DNA of 63,332 bases, filler included, from Octopus bimaculoides (GCF_001194135.2; 3 parts of 3 records of this genome joined end to end with filler, not necessarily neighbours in it); one strand, 5' to 3'. Shown: positions 12,401 through 23,759, numbered from the whole stretch's first letter. The notes: a model not told the origin generated them from the letters alone. Numbers and translations: made by a program.

Positions 12401-15400
12401 ACTTTACAAACAATCAGAAACGAGTCTATCAGGAACCGGATGGGAAAGAAAAGGGTGAAAAAGCCATGCCAGATGCTGAAGAAAGTAAAAGATTCTGGGC
12501 AAACATGGTCTCCAGAGAAACAATGCAAAACTGAAGCAGACTGGTTAAAGAAACTCAAGGAGGAGAGTATCAGCAGGAGGATTTGAGAATAACTGAGATG
12601 ATTGGAGAACAGTGCAGGGGAATTCCTAACTGGAAAGTGCCTGGCCCAGATGGGGTTCAGAGATTTTGGTTTAAAAACTTCACAGGAGAATTGTAAGACA
12701 GCTGGACGAAATACTGAGTAGTGACATCCAAGTACCAGCCTGGATGACAAAAAGAAGAATGGTATTATGCCAGAAGGACCCAAGTAAAGTGAATGCAGTT
12801 GGAAATTTCTGACCAATATCTTGTTTGCCACTGACATGGAAACTGATGATGGCCATCATATTGAACAACATCTATAAGTACCTAGATGAGAACGACCTAC
12901 TACCAGTGGAACAAAAGGGATGTAGACGTAAAAGCATAGGAACAAAGGATCAGTTACTAATCGATAAGACTATCCTGGCTGACTGTAAGAAGAGACACAA
13001 AATTTTGGCGATGGCATGGGTGGACTACAGGAAAGCATGTGATATGGTTCCACATGTGTGGATTATTAAATGATTTAAACTGCTTAAGGTCTCCCACAAT
13101 ATCCTGAAGTTAATACAAAACTCAATGGCAATGTGGTAAACTGAACTCACAGCATGGGGAGATAAGCTGGGAGAGGTAAATATCACAAGAGGAATCTTTC
13201 AAGGGGACAGTCTGTCGCCTCTTCTATTTGTCTGCATACTGCCACTAACCAGCATTTTAAGAAAGTTGTGTGTGGGGTACATGCTAGGCAGAGTGAAAGT
13301 AAACAACCTGTGATATATGGATGACCTAAAGCTATTTGCTAAGACTGAGAAAAAAATTGAGTTTGACGGCAACTGTGCAGATGATTAGCAAAGATATTGC
13401 ATGGAATTTTCAAAAGGACGAAAATTAGTAAAAGCCATGGGATCAAGCTGGAAAGTGGTGGAACTATAAAGGAAGTCAGAGAGGAAGGATATAAGTACCT
13501 GGGTTTCATTGAAAGAGATAAGATGAAAGAAATGTACAGAAAATGTACATCCACAGTGCAGGATGTGCTCTGAGAAGGGAGAAAGTATAAGCCATATTGT
13601 TAGTGAGTGCTGTAATCTCACACAATGTAAATACAAAAGGAGACATGACAATGTGGCCAGATATGTCCACTGGCTGGTGTACAGTAAAGCAAACCTTGAG
13701 AGAGCCGAACAATGGTATGAATACAAGCCAGAGGGAGTAATGATAAATGAACATTACAAAATACTCTGCGATCTTAACATACAGTGCAACCAAGTCATAG
13801 AGGTGAGATGGCCAGATATTGTGATCATCCATAAAGATGAAAAAGAAGCAAAGATAATAGATGTTGCAATATCAGGTGATTCGAGGGTGAAATGTAAGGA
13901 AACAGAAAAGAGTGAGAAATACCAGCTGCTGTGAGATGAGATATGAAAGTTATGGGGCATGAGGAAAGTAATGGTGATACTGGTGGTAATTGGAGCATTG
14001 GGAGCAGTTTCGAAGAACTTTGAAAAGCATATTAAAAATATTGGAGCTGCTGTCAGGCTCGAAGTGATCCAGAAGACAGCTTGCATTCTAAGGAAATTAT
14101 TGTCTCTTTGAGTCACAGGAGAAGGCACTACTTGAAACCTTTGGTAATTTGTTATTGCCTGCTTTCAAGTAAAGATCAACTGGAAATTAAGAACTATCCA
14201 AGAGTCTCTCGGAATAACAATAATGATAATAATAGTGGCTTGACAGACAGTACAAACCCCCATTAGACGCAATATCTTCAATACCATGAGACTGGATACT
14301 GTGCAACATCTTAAATAATAGTAATAATAACTAGCAGAAAGACTGCCCTCCAGGCAGTTTTCTGCTAGTCATTTGGTAATATTTTCACAGTTGATTTTCA
14401 ATTCTATGTCTAATTATCTCTTTGTATAATGATACTCACTTGCTTAGTAAATATTGCTTTCAGTATTTTATCACAGTCATGATCTTTTTTAAACAGATAT
14501 CAAGGTAGTCCAACTACATTTAGTGTGCAAAAAAATAGCAGCGATCACAAGAGATTTTTGAATATCTATAGTGTATCAGATAGTCATAGCAACAAAGGCA
14601 CTTGATAATTCTTAGATAAAGATGGAAAGGAAATAAGTGATACGTGTATGTGTGTGAGAGAGAGAGAACATTGCAAATAACAAATGAAATTAACATGAAA
14701 TGACAAAAATCATATAAATAAAAGTTCTTTAAAAACTATCTTGTACTGAATAGTTAAATTTGTGAACTTGAAATATTCAATAATAAAAGGAATGTAAATT
14801 TTCCTGAAAACTTCAATTTATAAAAACTCTCACATGCTTAGTAAATATTTCTTTCAGTAATTTATCATGGTTGTAATATATTTCTAATTTAAACAGACTT
14901 GAAGGTAACCCAGCTACATTTAGCATGCTAGAAATAGCAGCAATCATATAGTTATTATTGTAAGGCTTATAGTATTCCAAACAGTCATACCAACAAAATC
15001 ACTTTGTAATTTTTTTTTTTTAAATTATACCTGTATATTAAAAAAATTTTCATTTTATCAAAAATATTCATTTAACAAACTCTGGAAACTGATATTATTC
15101 TTGAAATTGTGCCTTGTATCAAAGTTATACAGCTATTTTGTCTAATAGTATTCATTCATTCAATAAATTATTTCTTTACATTACATATATAGAATAAACT
15201 GTGAGTTTTGCAAATAGCAAATTAAATCTTGAAATGAATATATATTAAATTATCATTAATGAAAACAGAGGTGAGAGAGAGTGAGAGACTGTTGCAACAA
15301 ATTACCATTAAACATTAAAGTCTACTCTGCAATGAATGCAGGTTGTGCACTGTTTATCTTGATAGCAGATCACCATCTTGCGCACATGTGGTTGTGATTC

Positions 15401-15579
15401 ATGTCCCTGGTGTAGTACCCTTATCAGACAGGCAGTCATGATGGGTATATTGGGCTTCTGTATGCCAGTGTCACTCTGATGACATGCACTGCCCTCTCAC
15501 TCCTCGATAATAATAATAATAATAATAATATAAGAATGGAAGTCAACAGGCTATAATGGTGTGTGCGTGTTTATATCTA

Positions 15580-15644
<65 letters not shown>

Positions 15645-18600
15645 TAGACACTTATTGATTTTGATGTGTGAGCATGAAGTTATTTGTTGCTTACTCATTG
15701 AATTGGCATGTGAAGTGGTTGAGTATTCTACAGACACAACTATCTTTTATATAATCCATTGGTAGAATCAACTTGACATTGTGTGTGACAAGACTGGACC
15801 ATTGAATTACAGGAAAAGTTCATCCAACAAGCTTTCTAACCTCTTTCCATTTACCAAATTTCACCCACAAGACTTTGGGCTACCCACTACTATGATAAAA
15901 GCACTTGTCCAAGATGCCACTCAGTGGGATTGAACTTAAAACCATATGTTCTTTCGGTGAGCTTCTTAATCCCTCAGCCAAGCCTACGTCCATGTGTGTG
16001 TGAGTAGTTAATTTTGATATAACGAATTTTTGTTCGACCTTCATTACAACAATAATTGACTCATATTTCTTGCAGGTTGAGTGACTATTTTGCTCAAAAA
16101 CCTATTATGTTTAACCCTTAAACAAGATGCACCCCAGCCACCCCACTGTATATATATCCAAGAACAACATCCATGAACAATGCCAGCAGCAGCCAACCAT
16201 TGAAGACCAAGTCCAACAGCACAAGTTACTGTGGTTTGGCCACATCTGTAGGATGAGCACTGAAAGTCTACCATGCCAACTTATGCAGTGATAGTGACCC
16301 ACACACTGGAGAATCCAATGCAGTGCACCAAAGAAGACACGGGCAAAGCAAATTGAGGAAGACCTCAAGTCACAACACCTTGACCTTGGGAATACTTATG
16401 CTGGTGCCATGGATCAGAAAGCATGGAATCACCTCATCACCAAAGTCCATCATACAGCAGTACCCACAGTAGCATATTAGATGCCAGAAGGAGAATAACA
16501 TCAACTGACAGAAAAAAGATTTTTTTCCTTTCAAAGAAATTTCTTCAGCAGGTTTGGTCTCATGGCAGTTGGTACTCTAACCACTCACAGGCATTTTGTT
16601 TATATAGAAATTAATGTGCAGAAACATCTTTTAAAATTGTTACTTACTTTTATTTGTTTGTGGACAATTTTTCTTGATCTCACACATATCTGGTTTTATT
16701 TCAGAGTAGAAATCCAATAAATAATTTGGCAACATTAGCATATTTTTCACAAGATTGCTCAAAATATTCGATGGTGTTTGGCTTGGGTTTTTCCAAAAAT
16801 TCTGTAATTCTTCCTTCGATAAAGTTTGGTTGAGAATCCATAAACGACTGATCCGACCAGAGAAATAAGAGGGTTCAATTGCATGTTGTTTTGTGTTTAA
16901 TTTCCCACCAACAACTAGTAAACCCCTGAAATGTTAATGAAGATAAGTTTTACAAAGTAGTTTTCTGAAACTAGAATTATGTTTAAGTGAAATAATAATA
17001 CAGGCACTGGCTGTCATGACTTCTGGGCTTAACTGGTTGGCAGTTTTATCATGTACATTTTGCTGCCTTGGTATAAAAGATGGGCTACACCAAATATTCT
17101 GCTCAGTACCACAGATTTCCTTGTCAGTTGTATGACCTTAACCAGTTTAGCATGTATGTCCCTTGGTGGCAAATGATATGTGCATCTCTGATCATGAGCA
17201 GAAGTTGGGGGAGAGCATCATAGGAATTCTTTGGAGTTTGAATAATTCACCTTTGAAAACATGGGTGTTTCATTTAACATCCTTAAACAACCCTTATTCA
17301 GAGACCTTTTGTGTGAAGTGGGCTACTTGACTTGAAGAAAATTCTAATTTGGGCTCCACCTGCAAGGTCATGCTTTATGGTAAAGTCCAAGTCCAAGTCA
17401 GTTCCCTCGTTGATACAGTGTATACCTTCAGTGCTGATATCAGAATGGAGTTTGGACTGAGAAAGTGTGGTGTATTAGTATTGAAGAGAGGCAAAATCAA
17501 ATGTATGGACGGACTAATGATACTGTCGGGGGAGCTTATGAAGCAGATAGAAGAGACAGGCTATAAGTACTTGGGGATTTTGGAAATGGAGAAATTAATG
17601 GAGAAAGAAATGACAGAAAAATTTAAGGTGGAGTACTTACATAAACTGAGACTGATCCTTAAATCGAAATTAAATGGACCGTAGATGAACTAAACAAATT
17701 AGACAGAAAGACAAGTAAGTTGCTAACTAGATAAGGGTCACCCCACCCAAAAAGTGACACAGACAGACTGTATATACCAAGAAAAAGAGGGGAAAGTGGA
17801 CTTATTGGATGCAAACATAGCATTAGAGCAGAAGAAAACAACATAGCATGGTATGTAAAAAATGCCACAGAACTGCTATTATTAGTAGGAAGGTCAGGCT
17901 TGGGTAGGATGAAAGATTGCAAAGATAAAGCACTATACAAGAAATTGAAAATAGGTGGGTAAAAAAAAAGAATGCATGGTCAATTTCATAGGGATGCTGA
18001 AGATAAGACAGACAAAGAAAAAAGATGGCTGTGGATGACTAAAAGTGATTTAAAACTGGAAACGGAGGCTCTAATCTGTGCTGCCCAAGAGCTAGCACTA
18101 AGAACAAACTACATAAAATACAGAATAGACAACACAGCAGAAAGTGATAAGTGAAGAATCTGCGGACAAAACGGTGAAACCATATGGCATATTACCAGCC
18201 AATGTACGCCACTAGCCTAGGAGGAATATAAGAGATGCCACGACAATATAGCTAGGCTTGTTCATTGGACACTTTGCAACAAGTATGGACTTGACAGAGC
18301 AAAAAATTGGTATGACCACAAACCTGAAGGCATTGTCGAAAATAGAAATGCAAAGATTCTATGGGATTTTATAATTCAATGCAACCATGAAATTGAGAAT
18401 AAGAAGCTGGACATAGTTTTAATTGAGAAAGAAAATAAACTATGCTGGATCATAGACATAACATGCCCAGCTGACAACAAGGTACATGACAAGGAAGAAA
18501 GAAAAGTTGAGAGATATGACAGGTTAGCTTGGGAAGTTAAGCAGTTGTGGTCGCTGAAAAAGGTGGCAGTTGTACCAATAATTGTTGGAGCCCTGGGAAC

Positions 18601-19483
18601 AGTGGGCAAAAATCTCAAGAAGTACATGGCAGAAATAGGGGCTGCAATAAAGGTGGAGCACTTGCAGAAAACAGCACTGCTTGGAACTGCTCGAATACTC
18701 CAGAAGGTGCTCAAAAAATAGGTGTTACCTACAGTGTCACCTGTTCACTGGTAGTGAACAACTGACACTATAGTATACCTCTAGCATAAGAAGCTGTGCA
18801 AAGGCAACAATAATAATAACAATAATTCTTTCTTTCTGCTATAGGCACAAGGTTATAAATTAGAGAAGTGTGTTAGTCAATTTCATCAATCCTAGTTCTC
18901 ACCTGGGACTTATTTTATCAACTCCCAAAACAAATGAGAGGCAAAACCTTTCGCCTCAAATTGATATCAACATGGAAAATCCTAGATACCAAGAAGGCCC
19001 CATTTCATGATTTCAATAGTTTACAAAAAGAAACCGATCCAGTTACTTAATCATTTTTGCTTAAAAGTTTCAGAACCTTTTTCACTTATGCCAGCATAAA
19101 AAGAATGGCTACAATAAAAATCAATGACTACTTACAGTGATGGAATTTGTTTTCCATTACCAAGATTTTTTTCTAAAGTTAAGTCTCCATTGTGATAAAC
19201 CTCGAGGATTCCATTACTATTGCTCCATTGTAGTATCACATGATGCCAGATTCCATTAGTTAAAGATTTCAAGGTAACGGTGTGTGTGTCATCAAACATC
19301 TGGAGGGACAGAGTGTTACCATGTAAATGTACCAATTCTTTGGCGCCGAATACTGGATTTACCAAATCACTGAAATAGAAATCCATGTACTTCCGTAAAA
19401 TGAACCTATAGATTAGTATTATTTCATGATTGACTGGATACTGTTCAAGACCTCTTGTTTACCGTAACAAGAAACACATAAAA

Positions 19484-19517
<34 letters not shown>

Positions 19518-21257
19518 CATGTGCATTATGTCTGTATGGATATATACATACATACAGCACTGGTGTAGCTATGTGGTAAAAGGCTTGCTTCCCAACCACA
19601 TGGGTCTGAGTTCAGTCTCACCAAAGCCTTGTGAGTGGATTTGGTAGACAGAAACTGAAAGAAGCCCGTCATGACAGCACCGCATGACTGGCATCCATGC
19701 TAGTGGAGCGCTAAGAGCACCATCCAAGCGTGATTGTTGCCAGGGCCACTGACTCCCCNNNNNNNNNNAGCGTCACCTTACTGACACTTGTGCCAGTGAT
19801 ACATGAAAAACAACATTCTAGCGAGGGCGTTGCCAGTGCTGCTGGACTGGCTCCTGTGCCGGTGACACGTAAAAACACTATTTGAGTGTGGTCATTGCCA
19901 GTACCGCCTGACTGGCCCTCATGCCAGTGGCACGTAAAAGCACCCACTACATTCTCACAATGGTTGGCGTTAGGAAGGGCATCTAGCTGTAGAAACTCTG
20001 CCAGATCAGATTGGAGCTTGGTGCAGCCATCTGGCTCACCAGTCCGCAGTCAAACCGTCCAACCCATGCCAGCATGGAAAGTGGACGTTAAACGATGATG
20101 ATCATGATATATATATATATCTACGTATACAGATATATATATGTGTGAGTGTGTGCGTGTGTGTGTTTGTTCCCCCATCATCGCTTGACAACCAATGTTG
20201 GTGTATTTATGTCCCTGTAAACTAGCAGTTCAGCAAAAGTGACTGATAGAATAAGTACCAGGCTTACAAAAAATTAGTCCTGGGAGTCGATTTCTTCTAC
20301 AAAAAAAAATACCTTTTAAGGCAATGCTCCAGCATAGCTGCAGTCAAATGACTGAAACAAGTAAAAGAAATAAAAGAAATACATGATTAAGATGATTGTT
20401 TCCCCAAGCATAAGATCTCAGGTTAGGATTTCGGAATCATCAATTCAAGGCTTCATATTCCATAGCCAGGTACATATGGTCATCCTGGACAAAGCAATTC
20501 ATTACACATTGCTCCAATCTATACAGCTGACAATGTGTTGCACCTGCTGCAAAATGATGCCTCAGAGATTATTAAACCAAGATCTTGCAAATACAAGATG
20601 TCAATAGCACCTTACGTTTGCAAGATGTGGCATACAACAAGATGACTGAAAGTTATGCATACATGCATGATGATGGCCATCCACTCATGACTGAAAGCCA
20701 TTACTGACCTTTAGGAACATTGTGCACTCACAACTACCTTATACTTTACACTTGCAGTTTTGTTGGTGACTAATGAGCCCTGCTCTTGACAAACATACAT
20801 GACTGCAAATATTGCAGACCAGGCTTTCCCTATTCATTACACTAGCAGTGAATTTTCAAGCAGCATGCTTAAATTCTTCATTGGTATTGATTTTCAAAGG
20901 TATTGATTCTCTCTACCCATTTCCTCCATCTGTGGCGATGACAAGCATTGCTCTTCCAAGTCAGCCTCCCGCAATTCACAGGCCTTTCATGAGGACTTTA
21001 CACAGTCCTTAAATCGCAGTTTTGACTTCTGCTGGGGTTGCTTTCCAATGACAAGTTCTCCATATAGCATCTATTTAGGGATCCTACTATCATTCATTCT
21101 AACAAGGTGTCCAGGTCAACATAATCAGTGTTTGTGCACCATCACTTCAATATTCAAGATATTAGCTTTCCTCAGGACCTGTGTATCTGGAGTTTTTAAG
21201 GTCCAGCCAACATTCAGAATGTGTCTCAGACATCTCTGATGGAGGCGTTCAAGGACC

Positions 21258-21289
<32 letters not shown>

Positions 21290-23282
21290 AGAAAGAGCAA
21301 ACAATACTTACTTTGATCCATAGAGACATATACTTGTAGCAGATGCCTGTTTCTCATTGTTCATGTCTTCATAGTACTTTATCCAGAAGGTCATGGTCAG
21401 CTGATCTTCTATGATATGACTAAACTCATGTGCATTCATTGGTATAAAAAACCCTTTGGGTTTCAGAACTACCAAGTCACTTCCGTAGGGGATATCTATA
21501 AGATTATAATTAATTTTGAAATTTTAGTTTGGAGTATTTTCTTTTTGCTACTTCTTTATATATGTGTATATGTTGTGAACAGTGGTGGTGAAGGTGGCGA
21601 ATTATGTATTTAGGGATGTTAAAAAAATCTCTTGTATCATATTTATTTAGTTAATTAATGTATGCATTTTCCATAAAACCAGAAAGCTATGACAGACTCA
21701 GAAAGGTATCTTACAACTTTATGCATAAGCATAGAACACAACAAAAAAAAAAAACATCAATAAAGGAAGAAAAAGAAGAAACAAAGCAACTGTTAAATGT
21801 TTCTATTGTGAAATTTTTAAGTAACATCCATGACTTGGAAGATTTTAGTGTTCCTTGATATTGAAGGGTATCTCCAATATCTCAATCTCAATCATACAAC
21901 TATGTCTAATCCAATTGGAATAGATTTTTGTTCATAATGTCTTCCAAGTTGTTTTAGAATATTTTCCAAAGCTCCTTCATAATTATTGTTTGTTTCTAGT
22001 TGACCCCTAATGATAGTGAAGTAATTATGGAGGGTCAAAGTTTGAGTCATGGTATGAAGTCTGCCTCAGATATTTTCAAGTTCTGCTATCTTGAAATAAT
22101 CCAAATTATCTATTATGATGGCAGAGCTAGTAAATGATTCATATTGACTTTTAACTCTGTATCAAAGCAGGCTTTTTACATCCCATCATTTTGAGTTCAC
22201 ATCAGAAGCTGCATAAAATAGATACTAGTTGTTCAAAACTAACCACATTGAGTGAATTCTGATTATTTGCCCACAAAATAATATATTTCTCTCATACAAA
22301 CTTGCATTTGACATAAACTCACTTTTCTGTGACATCAGAAGAAAATTACAAGCTTCACTGCTTTCTTTATGTCACTTTTTTTACATCCTTTATTGTATAT
22401 ACAACACTACAAAATATATACAATGCTACATGAATATAAAATTCTCAAGTAGCACAGATGGTTTAGCGATAGTTCTTGCATCAATCCGCAAACAATACAG
22501 TTGGATAACCTCACTTGGCAGCTAAGTGTTCATAGGCTATCCCTATAGGTGGCGTCCTTTCAGCTGTTCACTTTGGCTGCATACCAAAAAGAATTCAGTT
22601 GGCGATTGGCATTTAACAAGCACAGACCTGTGTGTGACTCTCACAGCATTTATGCCACACATGTGCCATTAGTTCATCATGTTCTCCATTAGAATGTTTA
22701 GCCTATTTCAAATGGATTATTATCTTTGAGGGCTATCTCCTCAAGTTCCCTTTTTATTTTTCCTGAAAAAACTCTTTTGCTAATTACTAGGAGAATAACA
22801 TCGCATGTTTGGAGACACATCTTCTGTTGTTACATTTCTTGTAGTCTTTGTAAAATCCCACTGGGATGTTTGAGTCATATTCCATGCCAGAATAAACTTT
22901 TATATTTATTGGAGCCTTTTAAGTGACTTGCTTCTTTCTTGTTAGAATATACAAAGGGTATTCGACAGGAAGTGCTGAGAAAGGAACACAGAATGTCGGG
23001 AGAGAAAACTACCTATCCAGCATGACTACTTGTAACACTCCCAAATCATAAATGTACACACACACATGCACCACATACACACATGCAAAAAATCACAACA
23101 TATACAAGTTATTTGTTCCTATGTAGTGTTTCTTTAACTGTTACCTTTGAGACATTGTGACCCCCATTTGTTTGAAGGACACATGCAGATTGCTTGATTA
23201 TTCGTTACTTGACATTTCTGTCCAGCACATGATTTCTTGGAGCATGGATTAGTAACATTCTCACAAACTTCACCAGTATATC
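3249..23282 (-). CDS. Partial multi-exon gene: extracellular EGF + pentraxin/LamG-like + HYR + Sushi-like protein (SVEP1/fibropellin/uninflatable-like superfamily), 7 exons, 1263 nt, both ends missing
   Basis: Hand-spliced exons 23282-23145, 21495-21312, 19369-19136, 16925-16648, 5783-5655, 4333-4238, 3452-3249. All have AG acceptors and GT donors, junction phases 1,2,2,1,1,1 are compatible, and there is no stop: [102 protein letters not shown]. Confidence 0.9.
3722..3870 (-). mobile_element. SINE/RTE-type 3' tail with (GAT)n end
   Basis: Reverse complement reads ..GTTAGCAAGGGCATCTAGCCGTAGAAACC..CATCCAACTCATGCGAGCAT..TAAATGATGATGATGAT, homologous to 19960-20105 and 24630-24840. Confidence 0.8.
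4238..4333 (-). CDS. Exon: second half of HYR domain
   Basis: tactttcag|TT...C|gtaagta, 96 nt, phase 1/1. (V)[31 protein letters not shown] fits HYR FxxGxxxVxYxAxDxxxNxAxCxFxI. Confidence 0.92.
4390..4650. repeat. Degenerate (GGT/GAT/AGT)n trinucleotide low-complexity tract
   Basis: Direct reading; produces the poly-V/T/H pseudo-ORFs in the track. Confidence 0.8.
5395..5570 (-). mobile_element. tRNA-derived SINE head
   Basis: Reverse complement TGTGATTAAGAAGTTTGCTTTTAGCCAGGTGGTTTCAGGTTCAGTCTCAATG matches the head at 19560-19620. Confidence 0.65.
5655..5783 (-). CDS. Exon: first half of HYR domain
   Basis: ctatttgcag|TA...G|gtatgc, 129 nt, phase 1/1. [42 protein letters not shown] fits HYR PxxxxCPxD...WxxPxFxD. 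Confidence 0.92.
6215..6385 (+). mobile_element. Diverged SINE/RTE-type 3' tail
   Basis: GGCATGTAAAAAGCACCC..GGAAAGGCATCCAG..CAGCATGGAAAA..GATGATGAT; same family as 3722-3870, opposite orientation. Confidence 0.7.
6543..7394. repeat. Direct duplication of a ~340-bp sequence (6543-6888 and 7067-7394)
   Basis: Both copies start TAAGGATCTAGTTTTTT and end CATCTTACTATTTCTTTT; the last ~90 bp are essentially identical, the middle has indels. Confidence 0.9.
8030..11965. repeat. Intronic satellite/minisatellite of related ~60-80-bp monomers with higher-order structure, interrupted by two gaps and an insertion at 9714-10790
   Basis: Recurrent motifs TATCTTCAAATATTCCTAC, GCCAAAGAAAGTCAGTTAAA and GAAAAGACGGCTTTGCCATGAGGCTAGCAGCAC; blocks 8066-8200 = 9381-9520 and 8200-8352 = 9240-9395. 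Confidence 0.9.
9714..10700 (+). mobile_element. Probable LTR (TGT...ACA, ~990 bp) with ~90 bp of following internal sequence, inserted in the satellite
   Basis: Starts TGTAGCA immediately after satellite GAGGCT, ends GATGTCACA, TATAAAA near 9945, followed by PBS-like AATCGGCAACC. No TSD found. Confidence 0.45.
11975..14215 (+). mobile_element. R4/Dong-clade RLE-type LINE, disrupted and internally deleted (copy A)
   Basis: [102 protein letters not shown]; ends in a TAA-like tract. Confidence 0.92.
14330..14369. other. 40-bp near-perfect inverted repeat (hairpin)
   Basis: ACTAGCAGAAAGACTGCC-ctcca-GGCAGTTTTCTGCTAGT: 17 paired bases with one bulged G. Confidence 0.85.
14436..15010. repeat. Old diverged direct duplication (~14436-14610 and ~14828-15010)
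   Basis: Shared TGCTTAGTAAATATT..TTTCAGTA..TAAACAGA..AAGGTA..CTACATTTAG..AAATAGCAGC..ATAGT..AGTCATA.CAACAAA..CACTT. Confidence 0.75.
15340..15530 (+). mobile_element. 3' end of a (TAA)n-tailed retroposon
   Basis: Ends GATGACATGCACTGCCCTCTCACTC followed by (TAA)n; the same terminus occurs inverted at 49565-49597. Confidence 0.7.
15690..15995 (-). mobile_element. tRNA-derived SINE (head ~15840-15990) plus adjacent repeat fragment
   Basis: Reverse complement GGCTGAGGGATTAAGAAGCTC..GGTTTTAAGTTCAATCCCACTGAGTGGCATCTTGGACAAGTGC..CCAAAGTCTTGTGGGTGAAATTTGGTA. Confidence 0.7.
16040..16500 (+). mobile_element. RTE-clade LINE 3' remnant
   Basis: [48 protein letters not shown], the RTE C-terminal LRWFGHVxRM..W..QIxxDL..AxDRxxW pattern. 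Confidence 0.8.
16648..16925 (-). CDS. Exon: C-terminal pentraxin/LamG-like domain and Cys linker
   Basis: catttcag|G...A|gtaagta, 278 nt, phase 2/1. [44 protein letters not shown]...[12 protein letters not shown] matches LVxG...FxGxIxxxxIWxxxLSxEEI. Confidence 0.92.
17003..17372 (+). mobile_element. Abundant interspersed repeat; homologous copy at 41337-41710
   Basis: Shared AAAGATGGGCTACA..AAATATTCTGCTCAGTACCACAGATTT..GATATGTG..CTCTGATCA..GAGCATCATAG..GAAACATGGGTGTTTT..CCCTTATTCAG. Confidence 0.85.
17373..18805 (+). mobile_element. R4/Dong-clade LINE, 5'-truncated at the RT catalytic motif (copy B)
   Basis: [75 protein letters not shown] KxDIV; ends GTGCAAAGGC followed by AAC(AAT)n. Confidence 0.93.
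19136..19369 (-). CDS. Exon: core of pentraxin/LamG-like domain
   Basis: tatttcag|T...CT|gtaagta, 234 nt, phase 2/2. Lies inside track ORF 19132..19386; [26 protein letters not shown] matches the LamG3/pentraxin DGxWHHVxxTWxxxxGxxxxYxDG motif. Confidence 0.93.
19558..20105 (+). mobile_element. Composite SINE: tRNA-like head, internal tandem subrepeats, RTE-like tail ending (GAT)n
   Basis: Head GCTATGTGGTAAAAGGCTTGCTTCCCAACCACATGG..GAGTTCAGTC; tail TTGGCGTTAGGAAGGGCATCTAGCTGTAGAAAC..GGACGTTAAACGATGATGAT. Confidence 0.85.
20150..20385 (+). mobile_element. SINE 3' portion with CpG decay
   Basis: CATCGCTTGACAACC..GATAGAATAAGTACCAGGCTTAC..TGCTCCAGCATAGCTGCAGTCAAATGACTGAAACAAGTAAAAG; remembered as an abundant octopus SINE body. 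Confidence 0.75.
20660..21255 (-). mobile_element. RTE (BovB-like) LINE 3' remnant
   Basis: [54 protein letters not shown], with stops. Confidence 0.82.
21312..21495 (-). CDS. Exon: N-terminal third of pentraxin/LamG-like domain
   Basis: cttatag|AT...AA|gtaagta, 184 nt, phase 1/2. [60 protein letters not shown]; LTMTFWIK resembles the LamG/pentraxin (F/L)TxxxW(I/V)K strand. Confidence 0.9.
23145..23282 (-). CDS. Exon: end of one EGF plus a complete EGF domain
   Basis: ttgtaatag|GA...AAAG|gtaaca, 138 nt, phase 1/1. (G)[45 protein letters not shown] has canonical EGF spacing C-x4-C-x4-C-x8-C-x-C-x8-C. Absent from the ORF track. Confidence 0.93.
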
Positions 23283-23759
23283 CTATTACAAAGACAAAAT
23301 AATGTAAATAATTTAAAGGTACAAGAGTAGAAAAGTTATTGCTGCTTTGCTTAAAGACAAGCCTTACCTGGGTATCATTAGTAACAATAGACGTTTATAA
23401 TATATGTATTTTCAAAACATTTCTTTTCCAAAATTTTCTGTGAATTATATAAAAACTATTTTCAATCTTTTGAATGTTTTCTAGTCCGACAAACAACATA
23501 ATTTAAGGTTTCTAAACACTTAGTTGGATAATCTGAGAAACGTGTGCATGTATGTATACGTAAATATNNNNNNNNNNNNNNNNNNNNNNNNNNNNNNNNN
23601 NNNNNNNNNNNNNNNNNNNNNNNNNNNNNNNNNNNNNNNNNNNNNNNNNNNNNNNNNNNNNNNNNNNATATATATATATATGCATATATATATATATATA
23701 TGCATATATATATATGCTCATATATCATTTGTATTATTATATATGCCTGTCCAAAATTA

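Noticed and set aside
21870-22960. Possible further very old LINE remnants
   Set aside because: Only faint motif echoes; family and boundaries cannot be supported by eye.
3249-23282. Assigning the symbol SVEP1 or uif
   Set aside because: The domain order differs from what I recall for both, and orthology cannot be tested without a search.
23368-23437. Exon-like segment with ttcacag acceptor and CAG|gtaagg donor just upstream of the EGF exon
   Set aside because: The frame needed to join the EGF exon contains TAA TGA, and the other two frames also hit stops.
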